From the NCBI GenBank assembly GCA_963666735.1, contig OY762926.1:160001-224000 (forward strand): a stretch of 64,000 nt of DNA, given 5' to 3'. The stretch's first letter is position 1. Each line of letters starts with the position of its first letter. The stretch comes from Gemmatimonadota bacterium (lineage in GTDB: Bacteria > Gemmatimonadota > Gemmatimonadetes > Palauibacterales > Palauibacteraceae). Below, in pieces: positions 20,007 to 30,633 of this stretch. A program made the translations under genes and the position numbers. The notes under the pieces were generated by a model, which worked only from the letters and a program-made list of their open reading frames with translations, made no database searches and was not told the DNA's origin.

Positions 20007-20213
20007 TCAACTGGACGCCTCTCCCCTCCGGACGTCGGGGGCCTCGCCGCGCCAACCCTCGATCAGCCCTTCCAGCCGCGCCAGCCGCGCCCGCAGGTCC
20101 CCCACCTCGCGAGACAGCGCGGCCACGTCGCCACGGATCCCCCGGAGCGCCCGAACCACGGTCACAAGGAGCGCCGCGCCTACGCCGATCACGGCCCACG
20201 CCTCGGGGGACAC
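20007..20213 (-). CDS. Small membrane-anchored coiled-coil protein (68 aa)
   Basis: AWAVIGVGAALLVTVV TM segment followed by a heptad LRARLARLEGLIEG. Confidence 0.55.
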   Translation of the reverse strand: MSPEAWAVIGVGAALLVTVVRALRGIRGDVAALSREVGDLRARLARLEGLIEGWRGEAPDVRRGEASS

Positions 20214-20404
20214 TTGCCGCTCGCCTTCCGCCGTGCGGCCCGCTCGCTCGATTCGAGCGCCCGCCGTTGGGCTTGTCTGCACCAATCGGCCGGGCTCATA
20301 AGCGCCCGTTCCGCCGCCCTCGCGATGCGAGCCCGGAAGCCCGCAGGAACCGCGATGGGTTGCCGCTCGAGGTATGACCCGCCACCACGCTGTCCGCTCG
20401 CCAC
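20189..20404 (-). CDS. Possible small ribbon-helix-helix regulator
   Basis: IAVPAGFRARIARAAERALMSPADWCRQAQRRAL pattern; start uncertain. Confidence 0.35.
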   Translation of the reverse strand: MASGQRGGGSYLERQPIAVPAGFRARIARAAERALMSPADWCRQAQRRALESSERAARRKASGKCPPRRGP

Positions 20405-20648
20405 CGCATACCGCCTTTCCGCTTGCCCCCACCGTCCGGGGGATGCCGGGAAGATGCACCCCCGGGGCCGTGTCCCGCAAAGAACGGGCTGTCCCATTGT
20501 AGTACCCACCCACACCCCCGATGGATTGCTATAACAAGACGCACCGGTCACGAAGCGGCCTTGGTTGATCGAGTGAGCGTTGTCACCGAGCGGGCAATGG
20601 TTGCGCGGGTGTTGCCAACCCGGCCATCGTTGACGTGATTCCAGTGTC

Positions 20649-21686
20649 ATGAACCGTGCGTACCCCGTTCGCCTCCCTCGTGCCGGACCTGCGGTCGCCG
20701 TGCTGTTCGGCTCCGCCTGCGTCACCGGACCGGAACCGCCCTCGGCTGCCTGCACGCCGGACGGCGAGCCTCTGCGCGTGGCCTTCTACGCGTTCTTCGA
20801 GCCCGTCAGCTACAGCGCCGACGAGGATCCGGCTTCACCGGGGTTCGGCACGCATCTCGGCTACGAGGCGGATCTGCTTACCGCGCTTGAGTACATGGAC
20901 GGGGCGCGGCTCTCCTTCGAGCGCACGCCCCTGAGCGATTGGCCCGGCATCTGGCTCCTCCCCACGACACCGGACATCGACCTTGTCGGCGGAGGCATCA
21001 CGATCCTGGAATCCCGGACCCGCAACGAGGCCGGTGAAGTGGCCGTCGCCTTCACCTCCGGTCACATCGCTTTCCGCCAGTCTCTACTGGTGCGCGCCGC
21101 AGACGCGGAGCGGTTCTCGTCCTACGACGGACTGACCGGGGACGTCCGGGTCGGTGTCCTGCGGGGCACGACCGGGGAAGCCCGCCTGCTTCAGATCACG
21201 GGGTTGGCGAACGCGGACGGCGTGCTGGCCGCCGGAACACGGATCGTCACGCCCGGAGAGACGGTGGTCGCGGACGGCACGGCCGCGTATGTCATCACGG
21301 CGGCCAAGGCTTCGGCGGCGCTGGAGGGCAGGACCCGCATCCAGCCGCCGGACGACTCGATGCCCGTGGTCGTCCACCTCGGCGACGCAAGAGGCGAGAT
21401 CGAACTCTTGGAAGCCCTGGGCGACGAAGCGATCGACGCTGTCGCGCGTGGGGCGGTGGGAAACGGCGAGGCTGCGCACGCCTCGGGCGGCGACTTCGTG
21501 GTGGCGGCACTCGATTCTCTGGTCGAGTACGGCGGCTTCGCCATGGACGCGCGGGAGCCGCGGCTCGTGGCCTGCATCGACGAAAAGCTCGAATGGCTCA
21601 CGTTCGGCCGCCGGATCGGCTACGCGGAGTGGCGAGCCGATTCGACGGTGTTTCTCGAACGGGCGCGGCTATGGGACGGCGGATGA
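20649..21686 (+). CDS. ABC-transporter substrate-binding lipoprotein (family 3-like)
   Basis: Lipobox-like FGSAC; F.PVSY, GYEADLL, IDLVGGGITILESR, VGVLRGTTGE. Confidence 0.8.
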   Translation: MNRAYPVRLPRAGPAVAVLFGSACVTGPEPPSAACTPDGEPLRVAFYAFFEPVSYSADEDPASPGFGTHLGYEADLLTALEYMDGARLSFERTPLSDWPGIWLLPTTPDIDLVGGGITILESRTRNEAGEVAVAFTSGHIAFRQSLLVRAADAERFSSYDGLTGDVRVGVLRGTTGEARLLQITGLANADGVLAAGTRIVTPGETVVADGTAAYVITAAKASAALEGRTRIQPPDDSMPVVVHLGDARGEIELLEALGDEAIDAVARGAVGNGEAAHASGGDFVVAALDSLVEYGGFAMDAREPRLVACIDEKLEWLTFGRRIGYAEWRADSTVFLERARLWDGG

Positions 21687-24660
21687 CGGACCGGACGTTT
21701 TGACCTATGGTCCAGGGCGCTTGAGCTCGCGCGCTGAGCCGGTGCACGGGGTGCGATGCTCCGTGCCCCGGATACGCGACCTCATGTCCCCTCCAGGGGT
21801 GCGTTCGCGGTACGATGTGAGGGGCGTCTTTTTCCTGCCAAACATTCAGCTTGATGGGGAACGCGATCTTGTCCTTCGGGCTCTGGTTCCGGAGTTGGTA
21901 GAGTTCTCCCGCGACCGCCTCGATTCCCGCCGCAAAGCCGGACACCTCGTCCCGGAGGCCCGCGTCGTCCGCGCCGGTGACGATCGCGTCGACTTGGGAG
22001 AGGAGATTGCGCACCAGGATGACGCTCTCGTTCGCCCGGCTCTCGGCGTCGCGGATCGCCATCGCGAGGCGGAACCGATCGGTGAAGGCGGCGGGGGAAA
22101 TGTCGCCGAGCCTCGGGTCGGGATTCACGTCGAACGGTGTCTCCCGGGTCGAGCCGTCGATGGTCAGTTGCGCGAGGTAGCGACCCGGCGGTGCCCACGG
22201 CCCCACGCCCGGGTCGCCGCCCTCGAGGACCATCCCGGGGAACGTCACCGCGCCCGGGTAGCGGAGGTCCCAGCGGACCCGGTGGGTGCCTCCCTCCACC
22301 GTCCCGTCGACGAGGGTGCGGACGTGTTCGCGTTCGTCCGTCAGGACGTCGAGCCGCGCGCGCCTCCCGGGCGCGCTCACGCGGAAATCGATGACCGCGG
22401 GAACGGATCGCCGAACTGCGTCGGCCGGCCGGAAGAGGTGTACGTCCGCGCCGGCGAGATCCGCGTCGAGTTGTCGCACCGTCTCGATGTCGTCGAGCAC
22501 CCAGAAGGAGCGGCCGTGGGTGCTGATCACGAGGTCGCGCGCCTCGACCGATAGTCCGGTGACGGGCGTATCCGGAAGCTCGAGCGACAGGTCGCTCCAG
22601 CTCGATCCCCCGTCGAACGACACGAACACGCCGCGCTCGGTCCCCGCGTACAGGAGCCCCGGGCGCTCGGGATCCTCCCGGATGACGCGCACGAAGGCGC
22701 CATCGGGGATGCCGTCGCCGATCCGGGTCCAGCTCGCCCCGTAGTCGTCGGTCCTCCACGCGTACGGCGCCCGGTCGTCCATCTCGTACCGGATCCCGGC
22801 CACGTGTGCGATCCCCCGGCGGTGCGGCGACACCTCGATGGTCATCACGCGCGTGTGCGGGGGCATGTCCAGGGGCGTGACGTCCTGCCAGTTGCCGCCG
22901 CCGTCGCGCGATACGTGGATGAGCCCGTCGTCGGATCCAGTCCAGATCGTCTCCGGTTCGCGCGGCGAGAGTCCGATCGAGTAGAGAGTGCCGTAGATCT
23001 CGGGACCGTCCTGGTCCTTGATGATCGGGCCGCCGGAGTCGCCCAGCGTCTCCGGCTCGGCGCGCGTCAGGTCCGGGCTGATCTTCTCCCACGACCGACC
23101 CTCGTCGAGCGATCGCCACAGGTGCTGCGATCCGACGTAGAGGGCGTGGGGCGGCGTCGGCGCCACCGCGATGGGGTAGGTCCAGTTCCAGCGCTCGGGC
23201 ATGTTTCGCGCGGGCTCGCCCATGACGATGCGCGGCCACGGCTGGATGTCCGTCGCCATGCCGGTCGCCCGGTCGTAGCGCGTGAGCGTGTTCGTCGCGC
23301 CCGCGTAGAAGATGTCGGGATCGGCGGGGTGCGGAGCGATGTAGCCACTCTCGCCTCCGCCCACCGGGTACATCCATTCCGTGCTCGCCCCCCGCGGGTC
23401 CCGCAGATGGGTCGGCTCGGACGACACGCACACGGTCGTGTTGTCCTGCTGCGCGCCGCACACGTGGTAGGGAAAGTCCACGGTCGTGGCCAGGCGATAG
23501 ATCTGGGCCGTCGGATACCGCATCGAGGTCCACGTGCGGCCGCCGTTCACCGTGACGACGCCACCCCCGTCGTTGCCGTTGATCATGCGCAGCGGGTTCG
23601 TGGGATCGATCCACAGGTCGTGATGGTCGACGTGGGTCTCCGGTACGCTCTCGAGCGTCCGTCCGCCGCCGGTCGAGCGCATGAGCCGGAAGTTGAGGAT
23701 GTACAGCGTGTTGCGGTCGACCGGGTCCGCCTCCAGACGCTGGAAGTAGAAGGCACGCTGCCAGATGTCCCGGTGGCCGTTGACGAACTCCCACGACGCC
23801 CCCCCGTCGTCAGACCGGTACAGCCCTCCCCGCTCGGCCTCGATGTTGGCCCACACCCGGTCCGGATCCGCACCGGACACGGTGACCGTGATCTTGCCGA
23901 GTACGCCCGTGGGGAGGCCCGGGTTGCGCGTGAGTTCGCTCCACGTGTCGCCGCCATCGGTGGACTTGAAGATCCCCGATCCGCCGCCGCCGCTCCACAG
24001 GCGCCACGGCTTGCGATACACCTGCCACAGCGTCGCGTAGAGGATGTCCGGATCGCCCGGATCCATGACGAGGTCGACGGCCCCCGTGCGCTCGTCGCGG
24101 AAGAGCACCCTCTCCCACGTCTCGCCTCCGTCCGTGGTCCGGAAGACGCCGCGCTCGGGGTTGGGTCCGAAGGGATGGCCGAGGGCGGACACGTACGCGC
24201 GATCGGGGTCCGTCGGATGGATGCGGATCCGGCCGATCGCGTGGGTCTCGGCGAGGCCCAGGTGCCGCCAGTTCTTCCCGGCGTCGTCCGAGCGGTAGAC
24301 GCCATCGCCCTGGAGGACGTTGGCCCGCAGCTGCACCTCGCCCATGCCGATGTAGACGATGTCCGGATCCGACGGCGCCATCGCCACCGCGCCGACCGAG
24401 GCGCTGCCGACCTGCCCATCGGTTACGGGCGTCCAGGTGATCCCGCCGTCCGTCGTCTTGAACAGCCCTCCGCCCGTCGCGCCGAAGTAGTACTCGAACG
24501 GTCGATCCGCATGGCCCGCCACCGCGATCGAGCGTCCGCCCCGGTCCGGTCCGAGCGAGCGCCACTCCATGGGAGGGAGGAGCGAGACCGGATCCTGCGC
24601 CGCGAGCCCCGGGGACGGCACAGCCAACGACATCGCAACCAGCACCGGGCGCGCGAGCAT
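21598..24660 (-). CDS. VPS10/BNR-repeat glycosyl-hydrolase-like secreted protein; C-terminus probably replaced after ~21845
   Basis: WRSLGPDRGGRS, many S/T.DGG.TW Asp-boxes, HVDHHDLWIDP, GAQQDN, GGGESGY. Confidence 0.9.
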   Translation of the reverse strand: MLARPVLVAMSLAVPSPGLAAQDPVSLLPPMEWRSLGPDRGGRSIAVAGHADRPFEYYFGATGGGLFKTTDGGITWTPVTDGQVGSASVGAVAMAPSDPDIVYIGMGEVQLRANVLQGDGVYRSDDAGKNWRHLGLAETHAIGRIRIHPTDPDRAYVSALGHPFGPNPERGVFRTTDGGETWERVLFRDERTGAVDLVMDPGDPDILYATLWQVYRKPWRLWSGGGGSGIFKSTDGGDTWSELTRNPGLPTGVLGKITVTVSGADPDRVWANIEAERGGLYRSDDGGASWEFVNGHRDIWQRAFYFQRLEADPVDRNTLYILNFRLMRSTGGGRTLESVPETHVDHHDLWIDPTNPLRMINGNDGGGVVTVNGGRTWTSMRYPTAQIYRLATTVDFPYHVCGAQQDNTTVCVSSEPTHLRDPRGASTEWMYPVGGGESGYIAPHPADPDIFYAGATNTLTRYDRATGMATDIQPWPRIVMGEPARNMPERWNWTYPIAVAPTPPHALYVGSQHLWRSLDEGRSWEKISPDLTRAEPETLGDSGGPIIKDQDGPEIYGTLYSIGLSPREPETIWTGSDDGLIHVSRDGGGNWQDVTPLDMPPHTRVMTIEVSPHRRGIAHVAGIRYEMDDRAPYAWRTDDYGASWTRIGDGIPDGAFVRVIREDPERPGLLYAGTERGVFVSFDGGSSWSDLSLELPDTPVTGLSVEARDLVISTHGRSFWVLDDIETVRQLDADLAGADVHLFRPADAVRRSVPAVIDFRVSAPGRRARLDVLTDEREHVRTLVDGTVEGGTHRVRWDLRYPGAVTFPGMVLEGGDPGVGPWAPPGRYLAQLTIDGSTRETPFDVNPDPRLGDISPAAFTDRFRLAMAIRDAESRANESVILVRNLLSQVDAIVTGADDAGLRDEVSGFAAGIEAVAGELYQLRNQSPKDKIAFPIKLNVWQEKDAPHIVPRTHPWRGHEVAYPGHGASHPVHRLSARAQAPWTIGQNVRSVIRRPIAAPVRETPSNRLATPRSRSGGRT

Positions 24661-24667
24661 CGGAACC

Positions 24668-26173
24668 CTACCTGATCTCCTCGCGGATCGCGGCCAGTTC
24701 CTCCGCGGCTCCGGGGGGTGGTTGTGTGAACAGGCTCACGCCGGTCGTGACGGCGAAGCCCGCCGCGAAGCCCGGCAGCATCTCGTACAGGTCGTAGAAG
24801 CCCTCCTTGAAGAGGACGACCCACAGCATCGTCACGAGGAAGCCGGCGATCATGCCGGCGAGCGCGCCCGCCCGGGTGGTTCGGGCCCAGAAGAGCGAGC
24901 ACAGGACGACCGGGGCGAAGGCCGCCGCCAGGCCGGACCAGGCGAAGAGGACGAACCAGAAGATCGCCCGCTCCGCGGTGAGCGCGAGCAGCAGTCCGGT
25001 CACGCCGAGGACCACCGTCACCGCCTTGCCCAGGACGGAGAGCGCGCGCTGCCGGGCGTCGGGGCGGAAGATCTTCTGGTAGATGTCCCGCACCGCCGCG
25101 GAGGAGGCGAGGATCAGCAGTGAATCCGCCGTCGACATGATGGCGGCGAGGACGACGACGAGGACGAGACCCGTGAACAGGTCGGGCAGCAGTCCCGCCG
25201 CCATGGCGGGGAGCGCCGTCTCGGGGTCGGCGAGGGTCGGGTAGAGGACGCGGGCGGCCATCCCCGTGAACACGGCCCCGAGATCGAACACGATGATGCA
25301 GCCGACGGCGATCGGCCCGGCCTTCCGGATCTCGCGCTGGTCGCGGGCCGCGAGGAACCGCGCCAGAAGCTGCGGGGCGCCGAGGAACGCGAGCCCCACG
25401 CCCACGAAACCGGCCGCGCTCGCGATCCCCAATGGGGTGAGTCCGAGCCCGCCGCCGAGCCGCAGGAGGTCGGAGCCGGATGCCTGCAGTCCCTCGAAGG
25501 CCACGAGGGGTTCGGCCGCGCGCAGCCCGTCCATGAGCGCGACCCAGCCCCCGACCGCGCTGAAGCCGACGAAGGGGAGCACGAGCAGGCAGGCGAACAT
25601 GAGGACGCCCTGGGCGAAGTCGGAGTACGCCACGGCCTTGAACCCGCCGACCACGGTATAGAAGAGGACGACGGCGAGGCCGAGGTAGACGCCAGCGTGG
25701 TAGCCGGTGCCGAGGAAGGAGTCGAACGCCTTGCCCGTCGCCGTGAGTTGCGCTCCGACGTAGAAGGCGACCATCGAGAGGACGATGATGGCCCCGACGA
25801 TGCGGAAGGCATGCTTCGTGTCGTGGAAGCGGTCCTCGAGGTAGTCGGGGACGGTAATCGAACCGTAGCGGTCGGTGAACGCCTTGAACGGCCGCGCCAC
25901 GAAGGCCCAGGCGAGCGCGACGCCGAGCACCTCGCCCAACACGACCCACAGCGCGTGCATGCCCAGCGCGTACCCGATCCCGGTGAGCCCGAGCAGGAGC
26001 CACGCGCTCTCCCCGGTCGCGTTCGAAGAGAAGGCCAGGACCCACGAAGGCAGCTTCTTGCCCGCCGCGTAGTAGCCCTTCACGTCGTGCGACTCCTTCC
26101 CGCCCCACACCCCGATGACGAGGAGAACGAGAAGATAGACGACCACGACGCCGATGATTACGGGAGAGGGCAT
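24668..26173 (-). CDS. putP: Sodium:proline symporter (SSS family)
   Basis: SSNATGESAWLLLGL.G, GGFKAVAYSDF.QG, G.PQLLARF, AAIMSTADS, AWSGL.AAF.P. Confidence 0.85.
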   Translation of the reverse strand: MPSPVIIGVVVVYLLVLLVIGVWGGKESHDVKGYYAAGKKLPSWVLAFSSNATGESAWLLLGLTGIGYALGMHALWVVLGEVLGVALAWAFVARPFKAFTDRYGSITVPDYLEDRFHDTKHAFRIVGAIIVLSMVAFYVGAQLTATGKAFDSFLGTGYHAGVYLGLAVVLFYTVVGGFKAVAYSDFAQGVLMFACLLVLPFVGFSAVGGWVALMDGLRAAEPLVAFEGLQASGSDLLRLGGGLGLTPLGIASAAGFVGVGLAFLGAPQLLARFLAARDQREIRKAGPIAVGCIIVFDLGAVFTGMAARVLYPTLADPETALPAMAAGLLPDLFTGLVLVVVLAAIMSTADSLLILASSAAVRDIYQKIFRPDARQRALSVLGKAVTVVLGVTGLLLALTAERAIFWFVLFAWSGLAAAFAPVVLCSLFWARTTRAGALAGMIAGFLVTMLWVVLFKEGFYDLYEMLPGFAAGFAVTTGVSLFTQPPPGAAEELAAIREEIR

Positions 26174-26344
26174 GCAATGCCTCCGCTTCGGTGTTTCGGG
26201 GACGACGGGTCACATACCTTCCACTTGTAACGGGCCGGTGACAACCATCGTCCAAGAAATAGGTGTCCAATAATACGAGGTTCCGCCGGAAGGGTGCCGC
26301 GCGACGCGCCCGCGGATGGCGGATGCACGAAGATGGAGGCGTCG

Positions 26345-28369
26345 ATGAAGGCCTTGGAGCGGCATGGAGTTTTCCTCGCAGCTAGTCTGACCATCGTTGC
26401 GGGCTGTGCCGACGCCCGCCCGACCGCGGAACTGATGGCCGATGCGGCTGCGGACGTGGAAGCGATCCGTCTGGAACGAGCGATGGTCCGCTACGACTCG
26501 GCCCGGACACGATCTCCGGACGACGCCGAGGCGCACCGGGAGTATGCGACGCTCGCCAACTACTTCAGCCTGAACGCGGAGGCCGCGGGGGCCTGGGAGC
26601 GCGCGCTCGAACTCGAACCCGAACACGCCGCCGGCTGGGAGGCGTACATCCGCGCCCTCCGCTGGGCCGGCATTTTCGAGACGGACCGGCGCTACGGCGA
26701 GAAGATTCTGCGGGTTCTGCCCGAGGCGCTCCGCAACGCGCCGGACCGCCCCATCATGTATAACGACGCGCAAGAGGCCGCGTCGGATCTCGGACAACTC
26801 GACGCCTACGCCGCGGTCCTCGCCGAGCATGAGGCGACGCGCACCGACGACCAGATCCTGCTCCACGCCCTGGGGTCCCTCCGCATCGCACTCGCCGGTC
26901 GGGAAGAGGGCGACCGGGGCCAGTTCGTGAAGGATTCGATCGGGGCCGCCCTCGACGCGCTCGCGGCCGAGGCCGAAGACGATCCGAACGTCCCCGCGCC
27001 GGTTCTTTACCGGCTCGCGGCGGGGTACGATTTCAGGATGCTCGGACGGGAGGCAGATGCGGATCGCTGGCTGGAGCGTCTGGAAGCGGCCCCCGACCGG
27101 GGCGATCTGGCGGACGATCTGCGGTACTGGGATCTGGCCATCGAGTGGCAGGACGCCCTGTACGGGGGTGGTGACGATGGCGGCGATGCCGAGGGAGACC
27201 GGTGGGACGAGCTGTCCCATCTCGTCGCTCAGGGACTGAAGTCGTCGGAACTTGGAGAACGGGCCGCATGGTTTGCCCGGCGGTACATGACCGTCCGGGC
27301 GGAGGTGTTGGCCTCCCTGGATCCGGAGCCGTCGTCAGCCGGGCTGGACTTCCCGCGCGTCGCGGCCGAACCGCCGGGTCCCGCGCTCGATCCCGAGTTG
27401 GCGGAGTCGCTGTTCACGGCCATAATGGACGAGATCCGGTGGCAGGACGGAGTGTACGCGCAGAGGCTCGCCACGCTGCTCTACTTCGGCATCCGGCCCG
27501 AGGTCGTGCTCGAGAAGGCGGTCGCAATGGAGGAGGCGCTCCGCGCGGACCGCCCGGGGTACCTGTACGCGGGAGACCGCGGCCGGGAGCGGGAGACATC
27601 GCGCGGGAGCTCCATCGACCGGGCACGTGTGATGCAGGCTCGCGCACTCACCCAGATCGGCGAGATCGAGGCGGCCGGGGCGCTGCTCGAGGAGCTTGCC
27701 ACCGAGTCCCGCCGCAGCTGGACGCTGGCGGAATACGGGCGGCACCTCCTGCGGGAGGATCGGCCGGCGGAGGCGCTCGATGCCTTCGTGGAGGCCACCG
27801 CATTTCGCAGTTGGTATCGTACCGCCGCCGTGGAGACTGCCGAGGCCATCGGTCTGTCCGAGGAGGCCGTGGACGAGCGGCTCGCCGTTCGCCGCCCCGT
27901 CGTGGAGGAGGAGCTGGAACGCCGGGAACTCGGGGAGCGCATCGAGCGCGAAGCGCCGGAGTTCGCCCTCGCGGACCAGACCGGAACCGAGTGGCGGCTG
28001 GCCGGCCTCGAGGGGAAGATCGTCGTGCTCAAGTTCTGGGCGACGTGGTGCGGCCCCTGCATCGAGGAGTTTCCTCACTTCGTCGAACTCCTGAAGACGT
28101 ATGAAGACGATGAAGAGGTCGTGTTCCTCACCGTCGCCACGGCGGGTTCTCCGCGGGACCGGGTCGCCGCGCAGATCGAGGAGGGCGGCTTCACATTCCC
28201 GGTTCTGTTCGACGAGCAGGGCCTCGCGCTGGACTACGAGATCCTCGCCTATCCGACGACGCTGTACCTGGATCAGGCCGGGTTGATCCAGTTCAAGCGC
28301 GAAGGCTTCGACGAGAACGGCTACGAAGCCGGCGTCGCCCGCCGCATCGACGCGCTTCGCAGCCAGTAG
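26345..28369 (+). CDS. TPR-containing lipoprotein with C-terminal TlpA/redoxin domain
   Basis: RBS GGAGG; lipobox-like VAGC; TPR-like helices; FWATWCGPC and AYPTTLYLD. Confidence 0.85.
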   Translation: MKALERHGVFLAASLTIVAGCADARPTAELMADAAADVEAIRLERAMVRYDSARTRSPDDAEAHREYATLANYFSLNAEAAGAWERALELEPEHAAGWEAYIRALRWAGIFETDRRYGEKILRVLPEALRNAPDRPIMYNDAQEAASDLGQLDAYAAVLAEHEATRTDDQILLHALGSLRIALAGREEGDRGQFVKDSIGAALDALAAEAEDDPNVPAPVLYRLAAGYDFRMLGREADADRWLERLEAAPDRGDLADDLRYWDLAIEWQDALYGGGDDGGDAEGDRWDELSHLVAQGLKSSELGERAAWFARRYMTVRAEVLASLDPEPSSAGLDFPRVAAEPPGPALDPELAESLFTAIMDEIRWQDGVYAQRLATLLYFGIRPEVVLEKAVAMEEALRADRPGYLYAGDRGRERETSRGSSIDRARVMQARALTQIGEIEAAGALLEELATESRRSWTLAEYGRHLLREDRPAEALDAFVEATAFRSWYRTAAVETAEAIGLSEEAVDERLAVRRPVVEEELERRELGERIEREAPEFALADQTGTEWRLAGLEGKIVVLKFWATWCGPCIEEFPHFVELLKTYEDDEEVVFLTVATAGSPRDRVAAQIEEGGFTFPVLFDEQGLALDYEILAYPTTLYLDQAGLIQFKREGFDENGYEAGVARRIDALRSQ

Positions 28370-28544
28370 GGACTGCCGCACCGAAATCCGGCCCGGGTCC
28401 GGTGCGGACGTTCCCGCGGGAGCGTCTTCCGGTGCTCATGATGATCCTCGTCAGCCTACGCGACATGAGCACTTGGAATCACATATCGTTGTGAGCGTTC
28501 AGCTTACGGGGTTCAGGGGTCATATTCCCGCTGATTGGTTTGGG

Positions 28545-29705
28545 TCAGGCGCGGACCCTCGGGCGACTGTCCAGAGCCTTCCTGAGTTGTCCGGCGTCGG
28601 CCTGCTGATAGCAGCGCAACACCGTCTGAGCCTCCTTCCAGCCGCCAAGCTCGCACAGCACCTTGAGCGGCAGGTCCATGAGGTCGGAAGCGAACTTCCG
28701 CCTCAGCGAGTGCCAGCCTCTCCCTCGTTCGTGCTCCAGTCCCGCGAGCCGCTCGGCTCTGTGCCACCAAGCGACCGCCCGCCCCCGGCTGATGCTCGAT
28801 GATGGGTCCTGCGGCGCGGGCAGCACCAGCCCCTCGCCGTTCGCGTGGTTCGCTTCCCGCGCCTCCTCCAGTACCGCCACCGCCTCGTCGGTCATCGGCG
28901 TGACGTGCTCGTAGCCGGTCTTTTCGTGCTCCGCGCGCCACCGCACCTCGCGCCCCTCGAAGTCGATGTCGCTCCACCGAAGGTTGCGGATCGCCCCGAT
29001 TCGGTGCCCCGTCTCGTGGGCGAGCACGAACGCGACGTGGAACCGTCAATCGACCTGACGGGATACCCCGAGCATCGCTTGGTACTCCTCCTCGGAGAGG
29101 ACGACCCGGGTGGGGTTCTTCTCCTTGGGCGTCTTCAGGCCCCTCAGCGGGTTCGAGTCGAGAAGGAGTCTCCCCTCCTCGTCTCTGGACTTCGTCGCCC
29201 AGTTGAGCACCGCGAGCAGGAACTTCAGGTCCAGCTCGATGGTGCGGTTGCCCACGGGCTTCCCGCTCGGTCCGACCCGGCCTGCCCGGCGCTCCCGGAT
29301 GAAGCGGTCCCAGTCCCGCTGGGACAGGGTCTCGGGCCTTCGGTCCCGCCCGAGGAAGTCGAGGAACATCCTCGTCCCGATTCTGTCCCGGTGCCGGACC
29401 CGCTCCGTCTTGGTGGGCGTCACCTCCTCACCGTAGATGTCAAAGAGCATCTCCAGCGTGAGCGGGTCGGGCTCGGCTTCCGCCTTGCCCCCGATTTCGG
29501 GTCCGATGAATCCAGCGGCGAACTCGTCCGCATGCCGCTTGGCTCTCGCCCAGTCCCGGTGTCCGAGAGACCGGGTGAGCCTGCGCCCGTTCTCGCGCCA
29601 CTCGATCTGGAAGAGGCCGGTCTTCGGGTCAGGGAAGACCCTCACCCGGTTCCGGCCCCACTCGCCGGCGCCGTAGCTCCGGCGGCTTCGTTTCGTGCGT
29701 GCCAT
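28545..29705 (-). pseudogene. Tyrosine recombinase/integrase int1 with one in-frame nonsense codon
   Basis: RQVD-TGA(29046-29048)-RFHVAFVLAHETGHR aligns with GQVG-W-RFRAALVLAHETGHR of int2; HSLRR, GGW, LRCY retained. Confidence 0.9.
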
Positions 29706-30003
29706 CGTTCGATACCTCCGATTCGGCAGACTGAGGATGGCACGAATCACGGCGAGGAATCGTCTAACTGCTTACAGGGCTGCACGATCTGCGCTTTCTG
29801 CCCTTGAAACGTGTCTTCTCCCGTCGTCCAGAAACGGCGGGTAAATCGCCTCGATTTGCGGGAATCGCGTTCCGCCTCCGGCAGTGGCTGGGCGCAGGGT
29901 TCGCGAAGCCGTCTGCCGCAGTCAATCGTCATCTACTTCGCCCTCTGGACTGGACGTGATCGTCCGGTCTTCCTCTGTCCTTCAACCCGTTCGGATCGTG
30001 GAG

Positions 30004-30633
30004 TCAAGGCGATTCGGCTAGCGTGATCGCGTCTTGCATCGCCCACCCGCAGACCGTCCCCGTGAGCCGGGCGACCGGAGCAACGCCGGCGGCCGCATCA
30101 TCGAGCGATATCCGACTCTCCAGCTTGTTGGCCAAGTCGCATCGTCCTCCGCGGTCGTCCAATGACCAAGTCAACGTACCGGAGACATCCGCCTCGATCA
30201 GAATGCCCGCGTCGTAGGAAAGGGTGATCCGGATCGATTGCGCCAAGCGGTCGCTGTCCATGAGGAAGGACACGTCGTCGCCGCTGAATGCGCAGTCCCT
30301 CGCGGTCAGCGTGCCCTCCAACTCGGCGGACATCGTACCCTCCGCCAGCGTCAGCATCGCATCCCCCGTGAAGGAGGCTCGGCCGCCATGCGCGCAGGGA
30401 ATCGCGGCTCGTACTGGTGAATGCCCCTTGGAGACATTGAAGCTCGAATAGGGGCCAAGATGAAGGATCTCGCCGTGAGCCAGCAAGCGCCCGCCGTACA
30501 GCCCCCGCACCAAGGCTGCGGCCTCGGCTTCGGTCATAGCCGGATCAGGGCCTGCGACTTCCCCGCACGCTACCGGGGCGAGCGCGGCGGGAACCAGAAG
30601 CAGCAGGAAGCGCAGCCTCTCGGGTCCAAGCAT
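30004..30633 (-). CDS. Putative lipoprotein
   Basis: RFLLLLVPAALAPVAC signal; beta-rich body with several Cys (PCAHGG, C.F, GTVCG). Confidence 0.65.
   Translation of the reverse strand: MLGPERLRFLLLLVPAALAPVACGEVAGPDPAMTEAEAAALVRGLYGGRLLAHGEILHLGPYSSFNVSKGHSPVRAAIPCAHGGRASFTGDAMLTLAEGTMSAELEGTLTARDCAFSGDDVSFLMDSDRLAQSIRITLSYDAGILIEADVSGTLTWSLDDRGGRCDLANKLESRISLDDAAAGVAPVARLTGTVCGWAMQDAITLAESP

Noticed and set aside
18818..20073. Diversity-generating retroelement TR/VR pair
   Set aside because: No reverse transcriptase in the window and the differences are not adenine-specific.
22804..24675. Long antisense ORFs opposite real genes (also 30570-32204, 37954-39591, 58467-60629 and others)
   Set aside because: Shadow frames typical of high-GC coding DNA.
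29046..29048. Selenocysteine or recoded TGA in int1
   Set aside because: The aligned residue is Trp in the paralog and TGA is a normal stop elsewhere; a nonsense mutation is simpler.
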